The notes: a model not told the origin generated them from the letters alone. Positions 18,857 through 27,220 are shown, counted from the stretch's first letter. The stretch: DNA of 64,000 bases from Candidatus Heimdallarchaeota archaeon (GCA_030603365.1 JAUVXV010000004.1:32001-96000), one strand, 5' to 3'. Made by a program: numbers and translations.

Positions 18857-19876
18857 ATGACCATTGCACGTGAGGTTTTCGCTAAATTTTTGCAAAGACT
18901 TTCAACGAGATGGGAAATGAAAAACAAGTTTCACCTTGCTGCAAAAGTGGGATATTATAGTTATTCTGTTGGTGGTGGGGACAAAGAGGAACTACTGAAA
19001 CTTGCTGCTCTAGAAATGAAAGTAGAACAATACAATTCAGCAATTCAATATCTAGAGAAATACCTTGAGGAAAATGTAGATTCAGTAAAAGCTCTGCTTC
19101 TCCTTGGAATAGCATATAGACAAAGTGGTGATTATGAAGGAGCAATTAAAACTCATTTGAAATGCTTGAAAAAAGGAGAAGAAAATGTGAATATTCTGTA
19201 TACTCTAGGCTTAGATTATGAAAAAGCAAAGAAAATTAGAACGGCTAAACGATACTATTCAAAAGCCGTTGAAACAGAGAAAGCTTCTTCAAAAGCATAT
19301 TTTCGATTAGCACATCTCTATATGCAAGAAAAGAAGTATGAATTAGCAGTAAACCTATATCTAGATGGTCTTTCTCTTAGAGATGGTTCAGCAAAAGATT
19401 GGATTAATCTTTCACTTTGTTACTTGATGACTTCAAATCTGAAAGCTGCAGAAAAAGTCCTTTTGGAAGCTTTAGAGATCTTTCCTCAGTTTTCAGAAGT
19501 TCTATTTGCCTTGGGAACCTGCTACATAAGAAAACGTGATTACAAGAAAAATGCAATGATAATAACCAAATTGAATGAAAGGGGAAAAATCAGTTTATCT
19601 CTATCATTACAAATAAAGGAAGCATTTGATAGAAAAAACTATGAGCAATTAGGAAAGTTACTTGAAGAATTTACTAAGAAAGAAAGAACTGCAGAATACT
19701 GGTATATGCAGTCTATAGTATGTGCAAATACAGAGAATGATAAGAAAGCAATAACTTCTCTAAGAAAAGCAATTTCTACTAATCCTGAATTGAGAAAAGA
19801 AGCAATAAAGGATGACAATTTTGCAATAATAAGAGAACTAGCAGAGTTCAAGCATATTGTTTATCCAAGGAAATAA
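18857..19876 (+). CDS. Tetratricopeptide repeat protein
   Basis: Serial TPR consensus (LG..Y...G.YE.A) and C-terminal A.KDDNF end-of-TPR cap. Confidence 0.85.
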   Translation: MTIAREVFAKFLQRLSTRWEMKNKFHLAAKVGYYSYSVGGGDKEELLKLAALEMKVEQYNSAIQYLEKYLEENVDSVKALLLLGIAYRQSGDYEGAIKTHLKCLKKGEENVNILYTLGLDYEKAKKIRTAKRYYSKAVETEKASSKAYFRLAHLYMQEKKYELAVNLYLDGLSLRDGSAKDWINLSLCYLMTSNLKAAEKVLLEALEIFPQFSEVLFALGTCYIRKRDYKKNAMIITKLNERGKISLSLSLQIKEAFDRKNYEQLGKLLEEFTKKERTAEYWYMQSIVCANTENDKKAITSLRKAISTNPELRKEAIKDDNFAIIRELAEFKHIVYPRK

Positions 19877-19887
19877 AAGAGAGGATT

Positions 19888-20367
19888 TCAAGCATCCTCA
19901 AACCATTGAACAGCTATTACCATATCTGCATATAAGGACTTTTTAGATTCCATTTTATGATAGTTAAAGCTTACAGGGAAACATTGGAAACAATTCCATC
20001 TTCTAATCTCATTGTTACCAATCATCATTACAATAGCTATGGATTTTCTATGATAATCGCCGCTATCCTGTCTGGATATCTCAAACCAATTGTAAATTGA
20101 TGGTTCTTCTGTAATGAGGATATTGTGGATTGTTATATTGTTATATGTAAAACGACCAGGTCTTTTATGGGTTAGAGGATTATCTCCATCAGTGTATTCA
20201 ATAACCTGTGTTTCAATCCCTAAACCAGAAATTGAATCAAAAACTATAGGTTCTTCACCTTCAATCTCAAGCCTGTAGGATGCAAAATTATCATTTAAAA
20301 TATTAGTTCTGAATTTCGTTTTATCTGGTACTTTGTCTGGCATTCTTTCTGGTATTCTTTCTGACAT
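19888..20367 (-). CDS. Phage/contractile-injection-system tail tube protein (T4 gp19/Afp1-like)
   Basis: F.SISGL..ET.VIEY.DG....HK.PGR.TY.NIT, W, RKS..I, RRWN...CFP pattern. Confidence 0.8.
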   Translation of the reverse strand: MSERIPERMPDKVPDKTKFRTNILNDNFASYRLEIEGEEPIVFDSISGLGIETQVIEYTDGDNPLTHKRPGRFTYNNITIHNILITEEPSIYNWFEISRQDSGDYHRKSIAIVMMIGNNEIRRWNCFQCFPVSFNYHKMESKKSLYADMVIAVQWFEDA

Positions 20368-20476
20368 TATTTAACCTCTTTTTTGTTTTAGAAGAGATTC
20401 TATAGACTTGAATTAATAAATCTTACACTAGTCTAAATCAAGAAAACAATTCAAAGCTCCAGAAATCTTAAATAAT

Positions 20477-20923
20477 TTGTTGAGAAAGAAAACAGTGATG
20501 TCAGAAATTGATCGCGACTCAATTATAGAAGCAGTAAAAAAAACAGTCAATAAAATCTTTGAATCATTAGAAAAACTTGATTCAGAAGTTGTTCTAGCAA
20601 ATTATCATAATCATGCAGACTTCAGATTTGTTGGACTAATTTTTGGACAAACTCTCAACCTAAACTACGATGAATTTACAATGGCTATGAAAGGAGCATA
20701 TGAGACGATGAAAGAGCAAAAAATGATCAGAGAAACAGAATATTTTAATGTTCTTTCAGAAACAAAGGTTTTGTACAACACAACAGGAACAGGATGTCAA
20801 ATACCAAAAGAAGGGGAAAGAAACGATTTTGCAGTAGTAGTGACACAAATACTTTCGTTAATAGACGGGGAATGGAAAGTAATACACGAAACAGAAGCAG
20901 CAATTCCAAAAACAGCAGAATAA
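20477..20923 (+). CDS. NTF2/SnoaL-like protein
   Basis: C-terminal DGEWKVIHE motif; size. Confidence 0.7.
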   Translation: MLRKKTVMSEIDRDSIIEAVKKTVNKIFESLEKLDSEVVLANYHNHADFRFVGLIFGQTLNLNYDEFTMAMKGAYETMKEQKMIRETEYFNVLSETKVLYNTTGTGCQIPKEGERNDFAVVVTQILSLIDGEWKVIHETEAAIPKTAE

Positions 20924-20954
20924 TGAGAAAAAAAAGCTCAAGATAAGAAAATTC

Positions 20955-22658
20955 TTAGCTTAGCGGATTAGTGCTCAATGGGTAAAGATCTATACTTCCT
21001 GCTGAACCATCTAAAGCATATGTTCCTGTTATCCAATCATCCCAGAAATTCCCCATCAAAGTTACAGCATTAAACCACTCATTTGGACCACTATCGTCAT
21101 AAGCTTGGGTGTTCCCTAAGTTATTTGATAAGAAAGCATTGAAAGAGATTGTATTATTTAGTGAAAAATTTAGAATTTTAATTGCATAATCTGTATTGTT
21201 ATAGAACAGATTATACTGTATAGTGTTGTTAAGCGTTAGTTTATGTCCTACTGCTAATGGAGCAAAAAGGTACATTCCGTTGAAATTTTGTTCAAAAGTA
21301 TTATTTGTAATCAAATTAAAGTAACTTCCTAGCATGAATATCCCCCAATAGTTCCCAAAGAAGAAGTTTTCATTTACATTAAAGTATCTGCAATGGTCCA
21401 TGTCCAAACCTTCTTCAGTACTATTAGCAATTAGGTTGTTCGTTATATTTCCATAAGCATTTACTGAACATCTGATTCCTGTTTCAGTGTTGAATATCTT
21501 GTTATATTCTATTGAAAAATTGGAGTTTGTCATAACTTCTATACCCATTCTACTATTGAAAATGTGATTACTTTTGACATTAGAACCAAATGTATCTAAA
21601 AGATAGATTCCTATGTTTCCAGAAGAAAGAATACTGGTTTCAATGGTACAATTATCTGATTTATGTAAAACAACTCCATTGTAAATGGAATTTGCAGTAT
21701 TGTTGAAAATATGTATGCTAACAGATTCATAAATCCCGATACTTTGAATGCTGTTTTCCAATATATTATCAAAGACTGAACAGAAGAATGACATTTCAAG
21801 AAAAATACTTTGATCACTATCTTTAACCAAATTGGAGTTTACAGAACAATTTATTGATCCATGAAGAGATATACTGCTTCCTGCATAACTACTAAGTACA
21901 TTATTTGTGATGTTGCAATGACTAGAATCAATTAATCTTACTTTAGTTAAAGGACCCATGTTGTTAGATACTGTTGTGAAATTTAATCTTTCCAAAGTCA
22001 GGCCAATGTTAGTAAAAGAGTTATTTATTATACTTATTTTGGTTGAATCCAATACCTTGAAACCTTTATGAAAAATGCTCTCAAAGGTGTTATCAGATAT
22101 CAAGGTATTTCTTGAGTCAATTATTTCAAGTAATGATCCTTCATTGTCACTTTTTGATAATGTATTATTGATTATTGAATTCCTCTCACATTTCTCCAAA
22201 GCAATTGAGTTAGTGTTTAACTCAAAAGTATTGTTCAATATTAGATTGTTATTGGAATTAACTAAATTCAAACCAATACTGCAATTTACTATCTGATTGT
22301 TGAGAACAGAAGCTGTTCCTTCTTCAATATTCTCAATATATAATCCGTAACTATTTGTCTTTAGACCTTGAATCAAACAGTTCTCTATCTTGAAGAATTT
22401 AGATGTTCCAAGAATGTATATAGCATAGTTCTCTGCCGTAGTAATATTATAGTTTGTAATTAAATATGGACTTGATTGAGTGCCCTCTCCAGGAAAACCA
22501 TAAGCTTCGAAGTCCTCATCTTCCCAAATGATGATTGGATCATGTTCAACTAGTCTTTCTGGTTCGATTACAAAGAGGGGAATTGTAACTGCTACGATAA
22601 GGATTGCTACGAACACTGCACCTACTGAACCTATTAGATATTTATTCTTGAGAATCAT
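20955..22658 (-). CDS. Membrane-anchored right-handed beta-helix (NosD/CASH) protein
   Basis: N-terminal TM, HDPI.I...G.GT..PY.I, many I.NN repeats, GNFW.D...D.YPL ending. Confidence 0.85.
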   Translation of the reverse strand: MILKNKYLIGSVGAVFVAILIVAVTIPLFVIEPERLVEHDPIIIWEDEDFEAYGFPGEGTQSSPYLITNYNITTAENYAIYILGTSKFFKIENCLIQGLKTNSYGLYIENIEEGTASVLNNQIVNCSIGLNLVNSNNNLILNNTFELNTNSIALEKCERNSIINNTLSKSDNEGSLLEIIDSRNTLISDNTFESIFHKGFKVLDSTKISIINNSFTNIGLTLERLNFTTVSNNMGPLTKVRLIDSSHCNITNNVLSSYAGSSISLHGSINCSVNSNLVKDSDQSIFLEMSFFCSVFDNILENSIQSIGIYESVSIHIFNNTANSIYNGVVLHKSDNCTIETSILSSGNIGIYLLDTFGSNVKSNHIFNSRMGIEVMTNSNFSIEYNKIFNTETGIRCSVNAYGNITNNLIANSTEEGLDMDHCRYFNVNENFFFGNYWGIFMLGSYFNLITNNTFEQNFNGMYLFAPLAVGHKLTLNNTIQYNLFYNNTDYAIKILNFSLNNTISFNAFLSNNLGNTQAYDDSGPNEWFNAVTLMGNFWDDWITGTYALDGSAGSIDLYPLSTNPLS

Positions 22659-22744
22659 TTTTCGTCACCTAAATAATGTCCTCCCATTTAATAAGAAATT
22701 AGGTGGGCAATAAGAGGGAGAGTTGTAGGAGGTTATATAGAACT

Positions 22745-23773
22745 TCATGCAATCACCATCTCTCCTGCTTTTGTTATGTGAATAATAATATTTCTTCCCC
22801 ACTTTTCTCGTTTTACTAAGCCTTTCTCTTCTAATGCAAGAAGATTTCTTGATGTTTTGGATCTTGAAAAACTAGTAATGATAATCAATTCTCTTTGTTT
22901 GATTTTTCCATCGTTATCTTGAACAAGCTTGAGAAGGGTTTTTTGTGCATCATTCAAGAGAGAACCACTGATTGTTTGAAAAGTTGATTTAGCTCTTTTT
23001 CTCACAAGCCATAATGTAAAACCAGCACCAGCCATTAAACCAAGAATTGGTCCAACAATAACTGCCCATATTGGAAATTTTCTCTCTAGAGGTATATCAA
23101 AACGTACGAAATAGAGTGGATTGGAGGATGGAGAAACATCTTCCTCAACCCAAGTATAGATTATTCTATGACCAACTGTATCTTGAGAGTAACTAGCGGG
23201 GTAAATCTCAGTTACTGAACTTTGATCATGTAAAAAACTGTCCTTGGGAAGTTTGATGGATAATTGATGATAAAGAGTAGGAAAATTGATAGTTGAATAA
23301 AACTCAAAGTAATAGTAATTGAGTGTTTCCTCAAGAAACAATGAATCAAGAAGAGAGTAGGAAATGTAGATAATTTCAGTTTTATTAATAGCTAATTCAG
23401 GACGTAGAATAACAGAGAGGAGAAAAGAAGAATCAACCTCTAGAACAGTGTTGAAATCAAGAGAACCATCACCATCTTCTATAGTGATATTTGTATAAGA
23501 ATGGTTGAGCCAAAATTCGAAGGAAGAAATAGATGTATTCAAACTATTTTCAAGATTGAGGATTTCTAAAACATTAACAGAATCATCATTACGTATGTCT
23601 ATATTGGTTATATGGGAAACAACAAAAAGAGTTTCGTCTTCAAAGAGAAGTAAATCTTGATGATTAAGATTCAATGAGCTAATAGCAGAAGAATTGGAAA
23701 GCAGAAACATTAGAAAGAAGAAAAGAAATGCAATTTTATTCCGTCTAATAGTTTGTAAGAACACAATCTCCAC
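22745..23773 (-). CDS. Membrane-tethered winged-HTH protein (COG2512-like)
   Basis: Signal peptide, extracellular beta domain, TM, C-terminal Q.EL...SRSKTSR.L..LE.KGLV.REK.GR. Confidence 0.72.
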   Translation of the reverse strand: MEIVFLQTIRRNKIAFLFFFLMFLLSNSSAISSLNLNHQDLLLFEDETLFVVSHITNIDIRNDDSVNVLEILNLENSLNTSISSFEFWLNHSYTNITIEDGDGSLDFNTVLEVDSSFLLSVILRPELAINKTEIIYISYSLLDSLFLEETLNYYYFEFYSTINFPTLYHQLSIKLPKDSFLHDQSSVTEIYPASYSQDTVGHRIIYTWVEEDVSPSSNPLYFVRFDIPLERKFPIWAVIVGPILGLMAGAGFTLWLVRKRAKSTFQTISGSLLNDAQKTLLKLVQDNDGKIKQRELIIITSFSRSKTSRNLLALEEKGLVKREKWGRNIIIHITKAGEMVIA

Positions 23774-23921
23774 TTTCCAAACAATAAGATTTTTAGTGAA
23801 TATAATCAGTGACTAATAAGGTCCAAAGGTATATTAAGAGTCGTGTGGGAGAATTTAAAACAATCATGGAAAGAAGTCTAACAAAGATGTTGGAAATTTG
23901 AAAGTGAAAATAGTTTAGTAC

Positions 23922-23950
23922 TCAAGATAAAAAAATTGACTTCTAAAGGA
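23922..23950 (+). repeat. Direct repeat, copy 1 (TCAAGATAAAAAAATTGACTTCTAAAGGA)
   Basis: Matches 24726-24755 except for one indel. Confidence 0.85.
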
Positions 23951-24010
23951 CTTTTCTTCTGTTTTCTTAATTAGAAAACAATTATATGTGTTTATTACAT
24001 AGTATATTAG

Positions 24011-24673
24011 ATGAGAAGACTATTCAGACGTATTCTTTCTCTTTGTCTTACTTTCTTAATTATTCTTAGTCTTTTTATCCCACTACTCCAAGCATCTTAT
24101 TCTGGGTATACAATTTACACCAGAATAACCAATATAGACTTTCCTCCACACAAATCACCTATGACATTTTTCCCAAACCACACTCTGTTTGAGTTTGATT
24201 ATTCTCTGGAGCTTATTAATCCATCGGGGATAGAACTCGTTATCAGAACACCTTCAACATGTTTAATCTTTAATTCGGGGAACATAACTTTCGAAGATGA
24301 TCAACATGAAGGTTATATCTCAAGTGGAAATATTTACTGTGGGCAAATGTTTACAAACCATGAAATTCCGCCGGGAATCACTGACGTATCATTCAGTTTC
24401 TATATTTCTATTAATGGCACACTTGAAAGCCTTCCTTACGGGAACTACACAATAAGTATCGCAATCCCAGATTATTTGGAAGCGCATGACTATGTACATT
24501 ATCCCTCTACTATTTATTACTCAAATTCAAATCTGGAGATACTTCACACAGGTGAGAACGTAACTTTCACTTTTCCTTCAGTTCCCTCTTTTCAGAGTAT
24601 TTCCTCCTATTTCTTGTTAACTTTCATGGTAGGGTTTACTATTGTGATTTTCATAAGAAGAAAGTATTATTAG
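24011..24673 (+). CDS. Secreted, C-terminally anchored hypothetical protein (paralog of 55045-55743)
   Basis: Signal peptide, C-terminal TM plus RRK; shares RI...(F/Y)PP, E..NP, PPGI and LP.G.Y.I motifs with 55045. Confidence 0.7.
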   Translation: MRRLFRRILSLCLTFLIILSLFIPLLQASYSGYTIYTRITNIDFPPHKSPMTFFPNHTLFEFDYSLELINPSGIELVIRTPSTCLIFNSGNITFEDDQHEGYISSGNIYCGQMFTNHEIPPGITDVSFSFYISINGTLESLPYGNYTISIAIPDYLEAHDYVHYPSTIYYSNSNLEILHTGENVTFTFPSVPSFQSISSYFLLTFMVGFTIVIFIRRKYY

Positions 24674-24725
24674 TAGTATAATAGGGAGCAAAATCTGGTT
24701 AAAACAAATTCATGTGAAAAAACAG

Positions 24726-24755
24726 TCAAGATAAGAAAAATTGACTTCTAAAGGA
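24726..24755 (+). repeat. Direct repeat, copy 2 (TCAAGATAAGAAAAATTGACTTCTAAAGGA)
   Basis: Matches 23922-23950; lies just upstream of the tRNA-Cys promoter region. Confidence 0.85.
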
Positions 24756-24803
24756 TAGAAAAGTTTTTTATTAAAAGAAAGGGAGAAAAGACAAGAAAAC
24801 TAT

Positions 24804-24877
24804 GCGGAGTTAGCAAAGCGGCTATGCGGAAGTCTGCAAAACTTTTGACAGGAGTTCGAATCTCCTACTCCGCTCCA
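24804..24877 (+). tRNA. tRNA-Cys(GCA), encoded CCA
   Basis: GCGGAGT/ACTCCGC acceptor stem, GAAGT-CTGCAAA-ACTTT anticodon arm, AGGAG-TTCGAAT-CTCCT T arm, U73. Confidence 0.95.
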
Positions 24878-25089
24878 AGCGTCACTTCTTTTACATTTTA
24901 AGCATTCTAGGTAATAAGCAAAGCGGCTATGCATCGCATGTTATGAAGCTTTCTAAGTTTCTTTTGAAGACTTAGTGCTGCTTGATGGGAACTTCCCATA
25001 CTCCTCACATGCGGAGAGGAGTTGATTGTAATTTCTTTATTCTTTCTTGTTGGGTTTAAATATAGCACTTTAGATAAACCAATGATACT

Positions 25090-25269
25090 ATGAAGGCACT
25101 TAGATTGATTAAGAGTTTCAACCTAAAGAAGAAACGCGGAAGCCCCATACTTGAGGAGATTCTTCTTATTGGCATTGCAATCTTAATCTTCGCAATCATT
25201 TTTGGTGTAATATTTAGTTTAATTGATTGGTCTTTAGTTTCTTTAGACAACCTGTTTGGTAGAAACTGA
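25090..25269 (+). CDS. Small type IV/Flp-like prepilin (59 aa, absent from ORF track)
   Basis: MKALRLIKSFNLKKKRG/SPILEEILLIGIAILIFAIIFGVIF...: basic leader, Gly at -1, Glu at +5, hydrophobic helix. Confidence 0.7.
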   Translation: MKALRLIKSFNLKKKRGSPILEEILLIGIAILIFAIIFGVIFSLIDWSLVSLDNLFGRN

Positions 25270-25489
25270 ATAAAGGCAAAAATGGTTTCTTGGTAGTTTA
25301 TATAATCTAATACCATTTTAGTTATGGAGCTAGCACTAATTCTGAAAAGAACTTTGTATTCAACATGATTCTCGCTAGCTTCTCTAATTCTCTTTAGCTG
25401 TCCTCTTTTGAATTTCCATTCTCACCTAAATCATTTATGAATTCAAGTATGGAATTAACTGCTTCAGGAGATTCCAGATAGATACCATA

Positions 25490-25884
25490 TTCCTTGGAAC
25501 ATTCCTCTCAAAATTTGGTTCCTATGGAACAGGAGATGGGGAGTTTGATGGAACTCGAGGAATATTTACAATCATCGCATTCAGGTTTTCGATTCTAATC
25601 ATAATTTCATAACAAAATTTGGTTCCTCTGGTTCTGAAGAAGGATTATTCAATGTGCCATCGGGGATAGATATATTGTATGAGGGAAATTCATCTCTGAT
25701 TTACGTAAATGACCATTCTAACAATAGAATACAAGTTTTCAGATATGATGAAAAAATTGTAACTGTGATAAAAACCATTACAATAACAGAAGAAGCTGGC
25801 TCAACTCTTACCATTCTCTTAACTACGCTTGCTTCTGTAATGGTCTTCGTGTATTTGAAAAAGAGAAGTAAATCTAAAATATAA
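25490..25884 (+). pseudogene. Degraded NHL-repeat (beta-propeller) surface protein
   Basis: FLSKFGSYGTGDGEFDGTRGI in one frame, then YNHRIQVFD...KFGSSGSEEGLFNVPSGI...NNRIQVF in another (shift near 25565); C-terminal TM plus basic tail; no intact 5' end. Confidence 0.75.
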
Positions 25885-25900
25885 TGAACAAAGAGCCGCG

Positions 25901-25946
25901 GTCTGCAAAACTCTTGACCGGAGTTCAAATCTCCGACTCCGCTCCA
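25901..25946 (+). repeat. Copy 2 of tRNA-Cys 3' part (att-like relic)
   Basis: GTCTGCAAAACTCTTGACCGGAGTTCAAATCTCCGACTCCGCTCCA vs tRNA 24832-24877: 4 mismatches in 46 nt. Confidence 0.9.
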
Positions 25947-25972
25947 AACTCTATTTTAGTTTGTTTTCCACT

Positions 25973-27085
25973 TCATAAGACACTCTTCAACGCTTTAAGG
26001 AATCTTTCAACATTCTCTGGTTGTGCAGTATGTCCCATTAACCCAATTCTCCATATCTTCCCTGCTAGTGGTCCTAACCCCCCACCAATTTCGATTTTAT
26101 GTTCAAACCTCAGTTTCCTTCTAACTTCTGCTTCGTCAATACCTTCAGGAATGGATACTGCATTAAGCATTGGAAGACGATACTTACCTTCAACATACAT
26201 TTTCAAGCCTAATTCTTCCAGCCCTACTTTCAATTTATTGTGACATTCTGCATGCCGTTGAAATACTTTTTCCGCTCCTTCTTCAAAAAAGAGCAAGAGT
26301 GCTTGATATAATGCGTACAGCATATTTATGGGTGCTGTATGATGATATACTCGTTTGTGATCCTTTTGCCAATATTCTCCAACCAAACTCATGTCCAAAT
26401 ACCAGTTTGGAACTCGGGTCTTCCTATTTTTAATCTTTGACAAAGCCTTTTCCGAAAAACTAACTGGAGCCAAACCGGGGGGTACCGATAAACACTTTTG
26501 AGATCCGCTGTATAAGGCATCAATCCCCCAATCGTCAACTTTCACCTCAATTCCCCCGAGACTTGTAACAGCATCCACCAAGAATAAACTCTCTGTGTCT
26601 TGAATTATGTGTGATATCTCCTCGACTGGGTTTTTTACTCCAGTTGAGGTTTCTGCATGGACCATTGCAATGAGATTATAGGAATTACCCGCCAGTTTTT
26701 CCTTTACTTGTTTAGGGTCAATGGGTGTACCCCATTCAAATTCCATGACATCTACATCTGCACCTAAACGTGTAGCTACTTCGCGCATTCGTTTTCCAAA
26801 AACTCCATTTATTAATATTAAGACTTGATCTTCTGGCTCAATCAAATTAACAAAACAAGTTTCCATCCCCGCAGATCCCGTTCCCGATACTGGAATTGTC
26901 AATCTATTGTCAGTATTCAATAATTCCTGTAGTAATACCTGAATCTGATCCATTATTTTAATGAAATGGGAATCTAGGTGTCCCAAAGTGAAACGATTGA
27001 GGGCTTTATATACGTCGGGATGGACACAAGAGGGTCCTGGTCCCATTAGCAAGATTTCATCAATATCATCTAACAAATTTGTCAT
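25973..27085 (-). CDS. Alanine-glyoxylate/serine-pyruvate aminotransferase (class V PLP enzyme)
   Basis: LMGPGPS, GTGSAGME, HAETSTG, DAVTSLGG, SGSQKCL, YHHT, WRIGLMG. Confidence 0.93.
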   Translation of the reverse strand: MTNLLDDIDEILLMGPGPSCVHPDVYKALNRFTLGHLDSHFIKIMDQIQVLLQELLNTDNRLTIPVSGTGSAGMETCFVNLIEPEDQVLILINGVFGKRMREVATRLGADVDVMEFEWGTPIDPKQVKEKLAGNSYNLIAMVHAETSTGVKNPVEEISHIIQDTESLFLVDAVTSLGGIEVKVDDWGIDALYSGSQKCLSVPPGLAPVSFSEKALSKIKNRKTRVPNWYLDMSLVGEYWQKDHKRVYHHTAPINMLYALYQALLLFFEEGAEKVFQRHAECHNKLKVGLEELGLKMYVEGKYRLPMLNAVSIPEGIDEAEVRRKLRFEHKIEIGGGLGPLAGKIWRIGLMGHTAQPENVERFLKALKSVL

Positions 27086-27189
27086 GGTTTTTCACGCTAA
27101 GGAATTTTAATATCTTATCTGATAATAAATTGAAACCATTAAAAAACTATATGTGAATCTATTCGTGTAATTGACTTATATTGTCCTTG

Positions 27190-27220
27190 GACTGGATTTC
27201 AACTCTCCGACTCCGCTCCA
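27190..27220 (+). repeat. Copy 3 of tRNA-Cys 3' end (att-like relic)
   Basis: GACTGGATTTCAACTCTCCGACTCCGCTCCA: 3 mismatches to copy 2 in 31 nt; ends exactly at CCA. Confidence 0.85.

Noticed and set aside
25056-25316. 86-aa minus-strand ORF
   Set aside because: Antisense shadow of the plus-strand prepilin gene, which has a recognisable signal.
25884-26243. 119-aa plus-strand ORF
   Set aside because: Runs through the tRNA relic and antisense to the aminotransferase; no motifs.
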